Shown one piece after another: positions 14,498 through 28,339 of a DNA stretch of 64,000 bases; positions within the stretch are counted from its first letter, which is position 1, and each line of letters opens with the position of its first letter. The notes under the pieces were generated by a model. The model saw nothing but the letters and a program-made list of their open reading frames with translations, was not told where the DNA came from and did no database searches. Source of the stretch: Adineta vaga. Lineage: Eukaryota > Animalia > Rotifera. Position numbers and translations under genes: made by a program. Location of the stretch: assembly GCA_021613535.1 (NCBI GenBank), contig CP075497.1, positions 1,798,001 through 1,862,000 of the forward strand. The letters run 5' to 3'.

Positions 14498-15588
14498 CAG
14501 GTAAGAATCATTTTTATTATTTGATTTTGTAGTTTTTCTTATTTCCATCATCTAGGCAAAGAAATTGGAATTGTTATAACAACACCATTAGTTAGTCTTC
14601 TATGTGGATCAACATTTTTAGGTGGTTGGCCATCCGCATTTTATATCTTTGGTCTTCTCTCTTGTCTTTGGTTTATTGGTTGGATATTCTTCGCATATAA
14701 TTCTCCAGCTGAACATCCACGAATAAGTCATTCAGAAAAAATGTATCTTCTTCGTTCTATACCGAAAATTAAAAAATCTTCAACTCCATGGAAACATATT
14801 GTTACTTGTGTTCCATTATATGCCATTGCTGTTCAACATATATGTACAAACTTTGTTTTTTATATCTTATTAACATCATTACCAACATATTTTTCAACGA
14901 TTCTTCGATTCAATCTACAACAAGTTTGTTTTAGGTTAGACAAAAAAGATGAAATATTTTTCTTTTCGATTTTTAGAATGGAATCATGTTCGCTATTCCT
15001 TATTTATTTCAACTGATTTTTACAATTATCTCAGGTCAAATAGCTGATCGAATACGAGCAAAAGGAATTTTATCAACAACTGCAACACGACGATGGCAAA
15101 CAATCATTGGTAAATCCAATTAAATAAACAAATTTCTTCTTAAATAAGATCGTTCTATTTATAGGTGCTTGTGGAACATCTTTATTTCTTGTTTTAGTTG
15201 GTTATATTGGATGTGATCATGTTTTAGCAGTGATATTTATCTCACTTTCCGTTGCATTCATTGGATTTCAAGGTTCTGGTAGTTTGATTTCACATTTAGA
15301 TATTGCAAGTAATTATGCAGGTACATTGATGGGTATAACAAATATGTTAGCAGCAGTACCTGGTTTTGTTGGACCAATGTTTGTTGGATGGATAACAAAT
15401 CATAATGTAAGATTTGAGACTGAATTTTTCTGTATTGTTGTTATTATTGTTGTTTATAGCAAACATTATCAGCATGGAAAACGATCTTTAATATCTCATC
15501 GGGTGTTTGTCTTTTTGGTTGTTTTGTATATTGTATTTTATTTGATGGTGAAGAACAATCATGGAATCGAGATGATGCCGAACAGTGA
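14498..15588 (+). pseudogene. 5'-truncated duplicate of the SLC17 gene at 17720-19782
   Basis: Near-identical to ~18697-19782, introns included. Similarity begins at a CAG|GTAAG splice donor and the N-terminal exons are absent. Confidence 0.85.
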
Positions 15589-15685
15589 ATTAAATACTCT
15601 TTCATGCTCATACCATTGTGCTTTCGTTTATTTAAAATAAATTACTATCTAGTCGTTCATTAAGGAATCATTTTGTTAGTATTTC

Positions 15686-16345
15686 ATGAAATTCGAATAA
15701 TTTCGGAAGAACTTTTAAATATTCAGTTTCAAATGTATGAGAACAATCTTGAGCACCACCTTGAAATAAAAGAAAAAGAATTTATGAAAAGATCGAATAT
15801 GTAAACAAACCTGTACAAACATAAACGAATATCTTTTTCTGATTCATTGATTAAATCAGTTAGAAATTGTTCATGTGAATAACCTTTTATCGTCGCTGTT
15901 GGATAAACCATTGATAAAGCTGATGGACTAATCACTGCTTGTCTAAGAAAACAAAACACAAATATAAAAAAAAAGAAGAAAATCAATATCGATTTACTTG
16001 ATTGGTAGATGAGTAAACTTTTTTGCTAAATCGAGATATGTATAAGCATAAGTTGCATATCGAAATGGTGCTTTGATTAAACGTGGAAGAATACGTTGTT
16101 GACCATCGGCATATTTTAAAGAAAAACAATCGAATGAAAATGTATAATATTCATTAATGAGTTGTTTGATTGGATAGATTAAAAATGAGGGTTTCATTTG
16201 TTCACCATCGGTTACAACTTTTGATCCAATGGTTTCTAATTCACTTATCGTTGTTTCTATTGCTCGATTATAATAATCATCTAAACGTTTAGTTGTCATT
16301 CTTCCTTGACGATAAATACGAATTGCTGATAGAAGATCATCAGGT
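15686..16345 (-). pseudogene. Fragmentary duplicate of the MetE-like gene
   Basis: Matches ~23295-24112 but lacks both termini and has an internal deletion removing the segment from EKGAHC up to the HVC zinc-ligand motif. Confidence 0.85.
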
Positions 16346-17719
16346 CAACGGAGAGAAAGAATATCTTGATGTAAAGCAGCATTTCATTGCTTTGATAGAA
16401 AATATACCCTGGAAAAAAATGTTCAAAGAGTTTTCTTTTTGATTGTTTTTCATAAAAGTTGAATATTGATATTAAATTGGACTTTCGAACGTATATCTTT
16501 CCTGTTTTACATAAGGAACTATAAATATTTGTATATCAGATACAGCTAAATTTCAAGTTCCTTCCTGCTCTGATTTGGAGACCTGATGGTTTTTATCTTT
16601 ATCAATTTGAATGAAGCATTACTGACTATTCAACTAGAGTTAACAATGACAGAGACAGATTTATTCGATTATATAATAGTAATTGAGAAAGATTTTATAA
16701 TGAATGAAGATTTGTCCAAATTTGGATTTCTGCTGAAGTTAATTTTAGTTCTTGTTGACGACGATAACATTCAAATTGAATTGTTGTCTAAAAATCATAT
16801 TTATACCAAAAAAAGATGAAAAATGTATTGGGTACTTCAACAGTTTGATGTGAGTATTCAAGTAATTTGTTTGATAACGTTTCATTGTTAAACTTAAGGC
16901 TTTACATTGATCTTTAACATTATGTAGGTGTTGCTTTTGTCTTTTCATACGATCATGTAAATCGCTAGAAGAAAAAAGATTCAATGCTGATGTAAAAAGA
17001 AAACTTTATTTATTACCTTTAACACCAACAAGTGGTACGACTATAAGTAATTGTCGCTTTATATTTTCTTTCTTCGCTTGTTCTCAAACAAATGCTGTCA
17101 TATACCTGGTAGAGTTTTTTCAAGATCTTGTTTATAGTCTTGATCATTTCGTGTAAAAACTTAAAAATAACAAAAATCTGCTCCTAATCCACATCTTCAC
17201 CATCATGTTCCAAGTTGTTTTTCATTTACAACAACTATAATATCTCAATTTAAGATTCGAAAAAAAAACGAAGGCTTAGGAGGACAGCATGATTTACTTG
17301 AATACGATCATCAGCTAATGGTGAGATTTCCCTTTTTTTTCAATGAAAAATTCTTTTATTCTAAAAATATTCGAAAAAAATAATATCTGGAAGGTAATAC
17401 AATAATAGAAATATATTTTTCTCGGCACGATTTACGAATACGAACAGTAAAAAGAACAGTTCTATTTTTTTCTCATTCCTCTTGTCCTGTTTCTACTATT
17501 CTAGTTGGTCTCGCCATCTTGCTTTTCTTCTATTCATTTTGATTTGCCTCTACCATTCATAATTATCAAAATGAAAATAAAAAATATTTTCGAGAATTTA
17601 TTGTTTTTTTCTAGTAAATAAAATTCATTTTTTATTAAATATGACAACAAAACTATTCATATTTTGACAAACTCAGCTGTTTTGTATTTGATACATACGT
17701 CGAGAGAAACGCTTATTCA

Positions 17720-19782
17720 ATGCGATTAGGTCGAAAAATGGAATCATCTGAAAGTAGTTTTCTGAATAATAATCATGATGATGGATTACAAGCACCTTTA
17801 CTTGCTAATGAAGATCGTGATGAGAATTCTTATCGAATTGAAACAGGACCACATCATCATTCACGTGAGAGATTCGGTTGTTTGTAAAAACAAATTTAAT
17901 TAATATGAGAATTTCTTTTAGACAGTACACCTGCTCGATACGTTCGTAGAAAAAAAAGGTTCTATTTCTTAAAAAAATGTTTTGCTTTTATGTATTTAGG
18001 TAGTTGCAATATGGGCTTTTCTCGGTTTTCTTTGTTTATATGCATTAAGAGTTAATTTATCTGTAGCAATAGGTCAATAAAACCATCATTTCTTTGCAAA
18101 AAGCGACATTTTTCTTTTATTCATCCAGTTGCAATGACAAAATCTCATATAGTAAATAATGAATCATCTGATGCATGTCCTTCAATGGATGGTGATAATT
18201 CTTCATCACATAATCCTGAAATTCATGTAAAGAATTACTTTAGTTATTTTGCGATAATATTCTTTTTTTTAATAGGGTGAATTTGATTGGTCACCAAAAA
18301 CTCAAGGATTTATCTTAGGATCCTTTTTTTATGGTTATGTTCTTACACAAGTTCTTGGAGGTAAACTTGGATTTATGAAAATTTCTTTTTCTCATGAAGA
18401 ATTTTATTTTATAAAGGAATATTAGCTGAACGATTTGGTGCAAAATGGATCTTTGGTGGAAGTATTTTTATAGCCGGCATTCTTACACTTTTAACACCAA
18501 TGGCTGCAAGAATAAATGTTGGTTTATTAATTGCTATTCGTTTATTAATCGGTGCTTTTGAAGTAAATCTATTCCATAATATTTCATTAAATTCTTCGAT
18601 TTATTTCTAGGCACCAGCATTTCCTAGTGCAACTGCTCTATGGGGTCGATGGATTCCACCATTAGAACGAAGTATTATTCCACCCATTGCTAGTACAGGT
18701 AAGAATCATTTTTATTTGATTGTATAACTTTTCTTATTTCCATCATCTAGGCAAAGAAATTGGAATTGTTATAACAACACCATTAGTTAGTCTTCTATGT
18801 GGATCAACATTTTTAGGTGGTTGGCCATCCGCATTTTATATCTTTGGTCTTCTCTCTTGTCTTTGGTTTATTGGTTGGATATTCTTCGCATATAATTCTC
18901 CAGCTGAACATCCACGAATAAGTCATTCAGAGAAAATGTATCTTCTTCGTTCTATACCAAAAATTAAAAAATCTTCAACTCCATGGAAACATATTGTTAC
19001 TTGTGTTCCATTATATGCCATTGCTGTTCAACATATATGTACAAACTTTGTTTTTTATATCTTATTAACATCATTACCAACATATTTTTCAACAATTCTT
19101 CGATTTAATTTACAACAAGTTTGTTTTAGGTTAGACAAAAAAGATGAAATATTTTTCTTTTGATTTTTAGAATGGAATTATGTTCGCTATTCCTTATTTG
19201 TTTCAACTGATTTTTACAATTATCTCAGGTCAAATAGCTGATCGAATACGAGCAAAAGGAATTCTATCAACAACAGCAACACGACGATGGCAAACAATCA
19301 TTGGTAAATCAAACTAAATAAACAAATTTCTTCTTAAATAAGATCGTTCTATTTATAGGTGCTTGTGGAACATCATTATTTCTTGTTTTAGTTGGTTATA
19401 TCGGATGTGATCATGTTTTAGCAGTGATATTCATCTCACTTTCCGTTGCATTCATTGGATTTCAAGGTTCTGGTAGTTTGATTTCACATTTAGATATTGC
19501 AAGTAATTATGCAGGTACATTGATGGGTATAACAAATATGTTAGCAGCAGTACCTGGTTTTGTTGGACCAATGTTTGTTGGATGGATAACAAATCATAAT
19601 GTAAGATTTGAGATTGAAATTTTCTTTATTGTTGTTATTATTGTCTTTTATAGCAAACATTATCAGCATGGAAAACGATCTTTAATATCTCATCGGGTGT
19701 TTGTCTTTTTGGTTGTTTTGTATATTGTATTTTATTTGATGGTGAAGAACAATCATGGAATCGAGATGATGCCGAACAGTGA
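17720..19782 (+). CDS. SLC17 family (sialin-like) MFS transporter, full-length, multi-exon
   Basis: [60 protein letters not shown]. Start is 17720 or 17738; stop TGA at 19780-19782. Confidence 0.9.
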
Positions 19783-20777
19783 ATTAAATACTCATTCATC
19801 CTCATACCTTTGTGCTTTCATTTATTTAAAATAAAATTGTTATATTCGATCATTAAGACAGATGTCACTCGATTCTTGTCAATGAACATCAAGAAGTCAT
19901 TTTGTTGGTATTTTGCGATTCAATCAAATATATATTTGAAATGGAAAATGAATTCAAATTCTTTAGTCCTTGTCTTTGGGGAGCAGAACTATTCAATGAA
20001 CGTTTAGTGAGGGTAGTTTTGCTAACACACCAAATTATTTTATCGCATTGATATTTTCCAAAATATTCTGTGCAATTTTTGGCTAGTCTCTCTTACGTAC
20101 AGAGAGACTTTTAATAATTTATGATTTGCAAAGTTATTCATAGACAAAAGGTATCGCGAGATGAAAAAATATTGAACAGAACTTTGATCTGATTAGAGAA
20201 GAAATAATTCACAGTATGTCATTGTTTATTCCACGAACTTTCTCCTTTTATATGATCAAATTCTATCACTTTTATTGTATATTGAAGACTATGCTAATTT
20301 TCTCATCTTGTGAAGTTGAGTGTAAGTTTTAAGTCGAGAAATTTGGCCCGCCCCTCTCCATTGCAGACACAACCCTATTCTAGGCAAAAGTTCATTCATA
20401 GGAATAACTTGGTTTCAAGCAAAACCTTATTAAGTACAGGATATTATCGCAAATAGAGTATGTGCATGTCACATTTTAGCGCTAAAGGGGCAGTACTGTA
20501 AAGCTTTTCTTATTTAATTCGATCATGCTGAAGTTCTGATTAGTAAGAAATTGCTACATAGCTTTTTTTTAATGTTTTAGTTTTATGGAATGATCTCTTT
20601 GTTGTTTCACAAACAATTTTTATTTTTATATTACAGTTTCTATTAATAAGCATTAATTATCATAAAACAATGTGATGGAAATCAATGTACAGGTGAACAT
20701 TATCCAAAATTTCGATATATTTTATAACGAAAAAAAGAAGATTTTTTCTTTTATTTGAAAGACCAAATATTATGATT

Positions 20778-21062
20778 TTATTTTTTGATTGGAATAAAAA
20801 GTCTAAGTAAATAAATAAGTAGGAGTAGTTTTGAAAGAAAGATTACATACCGATGTGATCCGACTAATTTGATATTTGAAGGTGGAGTTGATTTTGTCGG
20901 TGGTGTTGGTGGTGCTGTTGTGGTTGAATCTTTTCTGACTGGTGGTTGATCATTGGATTTTTCATCGCCATCTAAAGTTGTTCGATTATCAACTCGATGA
21001 TGAAATAATGAAAGACCAGCTTGAATATCATAATGTTGTCCTTGATCATTATTTGCGGACAT
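20778..21062 (-). CDS. Small hypothetical Pro/Thr-rich protein (~77 aa, probably 2 exons)
   Basis: MSANNDQGQHYDIQAGLSLFHHRV...TTTAPPTPPTKSTPPS with a plausible GTATGT..TAG intron. No recognised family. Confidence 0.4.
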   Translation of the reverse strand: MSANNDQGQHYDIQAGLSLFHHRVDNRTTLDGDEKSNDQPPVRKDSTTTAPPTPPTKSTPPSNIKLVGSHRYVIFLSKLLLLIYLLRLFIPIKK

Positions 21063-21437
21063 TTTATTTCGAATGTTGACAGTAATGAAATAAAGAAAGT
21101 GAGATGTTTGAATCAAAGATTGCTTCTTTTTATGTGAATAAGTTTGTCTTTGTTGTATCTTTTTTCTATTGACTTATATTTACCCACCTCACCTGTTGCC
21201 AAAGAAGAACAAGAGGAAAGAAAAAGAAAGAATGAATTCTAAATATGTCATCATTCGTGAATAAAGTCCATAGTATTAATCGCACATTTCGTTTTTTTCA
21301 TACTGCAATGAATCATCTACACTGTTTAAACTATAATGGTAACATAAGTGTTGAATTATGTTTTGTTTATAAAAAAGAAGTTCGAAAAGTTTATAGATGA
21401 TTGAAAGGAGAATTGTCAAAGAAAAGAGACGTTGCGT

Positions 21438-22316
21438 TTATTTTTGATAAACTCGTACCCAATCGACAATCATTTGTTGAGGCCAAACTGTTTGATTATT
21501 TGGCGATCCAGGCCATGGACCTCCAATAGCAATATTAAGAATCATATAATAGGGCCATTTTCCTTTAAAAGCATCAACTGGATTGATTGAGTTTGTAATA
21601 TTTGTTGTATTTAGTTGAAAATATGTTATTTCATTAATTCCAATACTAATCTGTGTTGAAGTCCATTCCGTCCAATAAACTAAACTATGATTATGTAACA
21701 GAGAACCATCTGGTGTCTTCCATTGTGTTCCATATGAAGCATGATACAATGGTGACATTGTATTTGATGCATTATTCCAATGGACTGTTCCATGTGCAAT
21801 TTGATCATTTGGAGTTCCCCATTGACGTCCACCGATCATTTCTAAAATATCAATTTCACCAACTGTTGGCCAATAGAATTTATATTTATTCCAAGCATTT
21901 CCAACTAACCACCATGCTGGCCATATACCTTGACTATACGGCAAACGAATTTTAGCTGCAAATTTACCAAATGTAAATTCTCGTAGACCAACACTTGAAA
22001 GCATTCCTGATGTATATCCTTCTTTAAACGCAACAATAGTTAATTGATCATTTTGAATATAGGCATTTGAAATAGAATTTGTATAATTTTGTAAACCACC
22101 ATTGATATTACCAGTTTTTAAAGCCCAATTTGAAGGATTTGGTGCATAGGCAGGTGCACCATTGATTGTTCCTTTTACTGAACCAACATTTTCAAATTCA
22201 TCTTGCCAAACAAGATTATAACCTACGCCTGGATCATAAGTAAAATTAGATGGATTCCAACCAAGAATATTTTTACACAGAAGAATCAGAAGGATACAAT
22301 CGAATAAATGTAACAT
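21438..22316 (-). CDS. Secreted GH16 beta-1,3-glucanase (laminarinase-like), intronless
   Basis: Signal peptide, LVWQDEF, GIWPAWW, WPTVGEIDILE (ExDxxE catalytic motif), ILNIAIGGPWPG, MIVDWVRVYQ. Confidence 0.93.
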   Translation of the reverse strand: MLHLFDCILLILLCKNILGWNPSNFTYDPGVGYNLVWQDEFENVGSVKGTINGAPAYAPNPSNWALKTGNINGGLQNYTNSISNAYIQNDQLTIVAFKEGYTSGMLSSVGLREFTFGKFAAKIRLPYSQGIWPAWWLVGNAWNKYKFYWPTVGEIDILEMIGGRQWGTPNDQIAHGTVHWNNASNTMSPLYHASYGTQWKTPDGSLLHNHSLVYWTEWTSTQISIGINEITYFQLNTTNITNSINPVDAFKGKWPYYMILNIAIGGPWPGSPNNQTVWPQQMIVDWVRVYQK

Positions 22317-22953
22317 AATGTTTTGATATACTAGCTGATGTTGAATACCTTGTATTTATACTTTCTCAGTAGGTAAACAAGAAGCTCTAGTAGAGAGCAT
22401 CGGAAGATTTTTTAATCTAAAAAGAATTGTATTTATTTCGATTTGTTAAAGTTCATTTATAAATAGACGTTTCGTACTGAAATGAGTACATAAATATATA
22501 AAAGTACATACAACGAAGTGCGTAGAAGTGCTGAGTCGTATTAAAGAAAACGTGAAAAGACTTGATTTTAATCGGTTTTTAATGATGAAAAAGTGACTAA
22601 AATCTTGCCGATTTTAGGTTTTCACATATAAATCGCAATACTTTTTCCTACTGAATAATCTTTCGATTGAATAAGGACAAAATTATGGAAGTGTAACATT
22701 ACCAACATTCTCGGTACATATGTTTTCTACACACTACTTCATCATTGCTCCAGTTTTGTACATGATACATCCACAGAAACTTATATAGACAAAAAACAAA
22801 TATACGAGGTTAAATCAAAGATATGCCAACGTTTCCGATGACAGCAGATCAATAATACACATGTAAATTTTTCTACTATAATCTGGATTATGCATTTAAA
22901 CTTAAGCTTTATTTTTAAAATAAAATCGAATATCTCAAACAATTCGATATAGT

Positions 22954-24226
22954 CTATTTGATTTTTCCTTTTTTCGCCATTAATTGTTCTTCAGCCATTC
23001 TTGTTCCTTCTAATCTTGCTCGTATTTTTTCAAATGCAATTTCTCTTGATATTGATTGAGCATCATCAAATGGTGAAAATCCACAATCATCTGTTGTTCC
23101 TAATTGTTCAATAGGAATATATTTCGCTGCTTGTAAAACTTGTTCACAAACTTCTTCACGTGTTTCAATTCGTGGATCAATTGGATTAATAACTCCAATG
23201 AAAATCCGATGCCAAGGTTGCATATACTTTCGAATACATGCTAAAACTCGTTCTCGCTCAGGTTCACTTGCTAACTGAAGATAAAAATGACCCACATGAA
23301 GTTCAAATAATTTCGGAAGAACTTGTAAATATTCAGTTTCAAATGTATGAGAACAATCTTGAGCACCACCTTGAAATAAAAGAAAAAGAATTTATGAAAA
23401 GATCGAACATGTAAACAAACCTGCACAAACATGAACACCAAGACGATGTTGTTCACTAAAGGCAAATCGTTCCAATACTCGATTGTTTAAACAAACAAAA
23501 TCTTTTAATAATTGTCCAGTTGGATCAATTTTCAATGAAAAACGTGCTTCAGTAAAATCAAGCTGAATACAATGCGCACCTTTTTCCAAACATAAACGAA
23601 TATCTTTTTCTGATTCATTGATTAAATCAGTTAGAAATTGTTCATGTGAATAACCTTTAATCGTTGCTGTTGGATAAACCATTGATAAAGCTGATGGACT
23701 TATCACTGCTTGTCTAAGAAAACACCACAAATCTCAAAAAAAGAAGAAAATAAATATCGATTTACTTGATTGGTAAATGAGTAAACTTTTTTGCCATATC
23801 GAGATATGTATAAGCATAAGTTGCATATCGAAATGGAGCTTTGATTAAACGTGGAAGAATACGTTGTTGACCATCGGCATATTTTAAAGAAAAACAATCG
23901 AATGAAAATGTATAATATTCATTAATAAGTTGTTTGATTGGATAAATTAAAAATGATGGTTTCATTTGTTCACCATCGGTTACAACTTTTGATCCAATGG
24001 TTTCTAATTCACTTATCGTTGTTTCTATTGCTCGATTATAATAATCATCTAAACGTTTAGTTGTCATTCTTCCTTGATGATGATTACGAATTGCAGAGAG
24101 TAAATCATCAGGTCGAGGTAATGAACCAATTGGTTCACTTGGTATGATAATCTATTAGACAAAAAACAAGTTATTTAAATAAAAACAATAAAAAACGAAT
24201 ATAGTTACTCTCTCAATTTTGCTCAT
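22954..24226 (-). CDS. Cobalamin-independent methionine synthase II-like (single-barrel MetE family), 4 exons
   Basis: IPSEPIGSLPRP, VVTDGEQ, KQAVISPS, IQLDFTEAR, GVHVC (HxC zinc ligands), GVINPI, TTDDCGF. Confidence 0.88.
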
Positions 24227-25157
24227 GATTATGAGAATACAAAAAGAAATGCTTTTGTTTATATGGAGAAGAAGTATGTTTTTTTTAATTAAAATAAAGG
24301 GATTTGATCGGAAAACAAGACAGGAAAGATGAGAGAGTGAATTATCATTATTGATTTGGAAAATTATTCATATAGATCAAAGAATTGCCAACTGGTTAGG
24401 ATCAAATCAAGGAAAAGAAAAACTATCTTGACATAAAACAGCATTTCATATTGCTTTTTTTAGAGAAAATGGAGCCTGGAAAAATGAGTAAATCATAATA
24501 TCGAGAATATAAGTTGACTTTGGTGTTTTACATGTGAAATAGAAATATTTGTATATCAGAGACATCTGCTTTTCAAATTCTTTCCGATTCTGATTCGGAG
24601 ACACGACGGAATGTTCCATTTCTATTAAACATAAAATCATTCTTCATCAGATTTGAAAGAAATAGTAGATTCTTCTTCGACAGATTAAATAAATAAAAAA
24701 AAAGGAAATGATACACTTCCTTTCCTATCTATTGTATTTATCAATCATCGACAGAAATCTTTGTTTAATTATTCTCTATTGAACGTACATCTTTCATTTG
24801 ATTGGTAAAGTCCTTATTACGATGTTAGAAACTCTCAATGACTCATATGATATTTTTAGACAGGAAGAAAATCATATCTTAGATAGATTTTCATAACAAA
24901 ATTTTATATCGATGAATCATTTCAAGAAAGACATACATTCATTTTGTACACAGACGAAAATAGTTATTTGATAGCCCTAGACGTTTCGTTCTTTCCTTCT
25001 TTCTTCTATGTACATATATATATAGTGAGTGTTTTTACATAACGCGATCACACTCGTGATGAAAGACGTGCATACATTTATTTATTTATTTATTTTCTAT
25101 TCGTCTGATTTTAACTGTTTTTAGATATAATAAGATTAAATTCGGTGTGTGTGTATT

Positions 25158-27632
25158 ATGTCAGCAACGGATTCTGATTATCTCATTCGAGATGGTTCAG
25201 CAGAAACAACATCAAAACCCAAATTAAAAAAGGTATTTTGTTTTCTTTTGATTTTCTTTCTTTGATTCATTTTCTTGATTTAGTTTCTTATTTTATCAAG
25301 CATATTTTTATTGGGTATTGCAATTGGAAGTATTCCTTCATTTATCTATTATTTTCGTCAATCAAAACCAAATCCGAATCCACCAACACCTTCTGTATGG
25401 AATTCAAGTGATTATCAATCAAATAGTGATTTTTATAATCAATTAGTAACGATTGAGAGTTTTAATCAAACTCATAATCTTCGTTTGGATCGTCTTTCGT
25501 CTCCATGTTTTCATCCGAAGACTGGCGAAAGTGTGATCTATCTTCGAAAACAATATCATATGCCTGATTTAAATGGATCAACAACAACATTACATTGGAA
25601 AAATTTACAAACAAATCAAACAATTCAATTAACTAAACCTATTTGGAATATTCATGATCAACAAGTTTGTCTATCAACTTTTTTCTTTATACTTATATTT
25701 CTTATCGATAATTTCTATAGTTTTATTGGATTGATGAAAAAACCATTATTTTCCTTTCAAATCGAGCATCATCTGGACTTGTACAAATATTTCAATTGAA
25801 TTTACCTGAGAATTTGATCAATCTTCGAGATTATCTTGAACCAATTCAAATAACTGATTATCCATTGGATATTAACAATTTACTTGTTAATCGACAAGGA
25901 ACACGTTTAGCATTTAGTTGTCAAGTTTATTCCAATCTTTCAATTGAAGAAACAAATATTCGAATGAAAACTGAAGCCAAAACTGGTGAAAATGTTTACA
26001 AATTCGATAAATTATTTATTCGTCATTGGGATGAATTTATGCTTGGTCGTCGCCATCATCCATTTCTTGTTTCACTTCAACGAAATGCCAGAAATGTCTT
26101 CGAATTCTCATCGAAACCCCAGGATGTTCTTTTTGGTATTGATAGTGATTCACCAACACGACCATTCGGTGATGGAAAAACACAATGGTCATTTAGTGCT
26201 AGTGGCAATTCGTTTGCTTTTACAAGACAACATGATGAAACAAGTGCAGTGGCATGGTCAACGAATTTAGATATTTATACAGTTGATTTGACAGCAATGA
26301 ATTTCGTTAGTATTTGTGTAACGTGTGATAATTTCGCTGCTGATACTGATCCAAGTTATTCACCGGTTGATGAACATGTCTTAGTTTATCGATCACAATC
26401 AGTTCCTGGTTATGAATCGGATCAATTTAAAATCAAATTGATTAATGGTGATTGTTTTATTTAGTTTTTTGTTGTTGAATTTTTGTTTATTTCACTTTTT
26501 TGTAGGTTCAAATCCTCGAATGACTTTAATGAATAATTGGGATCGTAGTATTCAAGGAATGACATGGTCAAATGATGGTCAAACACTTTTTCTTGAAATA
26601 GGTGAAGAAGGTGAAAATGTTATTTATAAATTCACAAATTTAACTTCATCATTATCAATTCCTCTTCGTCTTATCAATGATGGTACATCAAAAGATCTCA
26701 ATATTCATCCATTAAATTCCAATATGTTTGTTTATACTCATGATAGTATAACTCAACCTTTGAATATTTATCTTTTCACTTCACCAATTTCAATTCAAGC
26801 ATTAACAAATCATAATGATAACTTCTTATCCAAAGTTCGAATGAGTAAATTTGCTGAAAAATTCTCATTTCTCGGTGCCAAAAATGAAACTGTTTGGGGT
26901 TGGCATATTCCTCCTTTGAATGGTACAAATCAAAAAGCTCCATTAGCATTTCTTATCCATGGTGGTCCACAAAGTAGTTGGTATAATGCTTGGAGTTACC
27001 GATGGAATTATCAATCATTTTCATCACAAGGTTACGCTATCATTGCCATAAATTTTCATGGTTCGGATTCTTATGGACAAAACTTTACAGATAGCATCAT
27101 CGGTGAATATGGAACATTACCATTCGATGATTTAAAAATGGGTTTAACAGCTGCCTTGAAACAATTCAATTATATTGATGGTAATCGATCGATTGCATTA
27201 GGTGCAAGTTATGGTGGTTATATGATCAATTGGATTGCTGGTCATCCAGAATTGAGTCAACGTTTTCGTGCACTTGTTAATCATGATGGATTATTTGATT
27301 TGAGAGCAATGGCTTATTCTACTGAAGAATTATGGTTTGCTGAACATGATGTCGGTAATTTCACACAATATGATAATCCAAAAGCATATGAAAAATATAA
27401 TCCTGTTAATTATGTTGCTAATTGGACTCAACCAATGTTAGTTATTCATGGTGGTCATGATTATCGTGTACCAGATACTCAAGGTATTAGTACATTTACT
27501 GCATTACAACGACGTGGAATTCCAAGTCGATTATTATATTTACCGAATGAAAATCATTGGACAATGAATCCATTCAATTCACTTCTTTGGTATCGTGAAG
27601 TTCTCAATTGGATGAATCAATGGACAAGTTAA
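25158..27632 (+). CDS. S9 family serine peptidase (dipeptidyl-peptidase V-like) with N-terminal TM anchor, 4 exons
   Basis: LFIRHWD, IHGGPQ, GASYGG nucleophile, HGGHDYRVP, PNENHW catalytic His. Hydrophobic N-terminal segment. Confidence 0.92.
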
Positions 27633-27789
27633 AAGAGACACAATTCTAGTTTTTTTCTTTCCGTATTTTAGATTAAAAAAACTCAATGAGAGAGAGAAAG
27701 AGAACTTTCAATTTTATTCAATAAAATTCATTTAAAATGATCATTTCTTTCACTTAAAAAAAAATCATCAGATTTTTTTGTTCATTCAA

Positions 27790-28006
27790 AATTCTTCTTC
27801 ATCTTCACATACCGATATTTAGTGCTGATCTTCGATCTTTAATTGTAAGTATAGTAATAACTAGTAATGTTCCAGATTTTGGTATTGTTGATATTCGATT
27901 GCTGTTATTCGTATTCTTCGATATGTTTGTACACAAAATCGATAAAGTTTAAAGACAGAATTTTTAGCAGTTAAACCAGTGTAAAATCTACTCCATTTTT
28001 TACGTC
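27790..28006 (-). pseudogene. Highly degraded third ADP-ribosyltransferase remnant
   Basis: The minus strand reads KKWSRFYTGLTAKNSVFKLYRFCVQTYRRIRIT...ILTIKDRRSALNIG*, collinear with the 28575-29645 ART C-terminus but with deletions and a stop. Confidence 0.7.
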
Positions 28007-28339
28007 ATTTTTTTATGTATTCGTCGGTTACTTACTGAGGGAGAAGAGAAAAGGCGAATAAAGTCATATTGAAGTGTCGAACGTTAAAACAATAGGTTTT
28101 CATTTATTAGAATAGGCATTGTACATTGTTTTGATTGTTGAACATTAGCATAAGTAATTGGATTCAGGCGGTAATGTGGTAAGACGAGTAACATCATTAT
28201 CACACTTTGCTATGAATATTTTCGTTTTCATAAACAATGAAAATTTTCTACAGTGAAAATAACTTTGCATAGAAAATTAAGGTCAGACAGTTTTATTGAG
28301 TTAGTAATGGAAGAAAATTATACCAGTAGTTCCACACAT

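Noticed and set aside
16586-17300. Short ORFs between the duplicated blocks
   Set aside because: No motifs or coherent splice pattern. Possibly relic sequence.
20340-20500. GC-richer patch ending GGGGCAGTACTGTA, like a TA-flanked DNA transposon end
   Set aside because: No matching second TIR found in the window.
21438-22316. Bacterial contamination as an explanation for the prokaryote-like genes
   Set aside because: Neighbouring foreign-type genes contain host-style spliceosomal introns and share the AT-rich composition and contiguity with metazoan genes.
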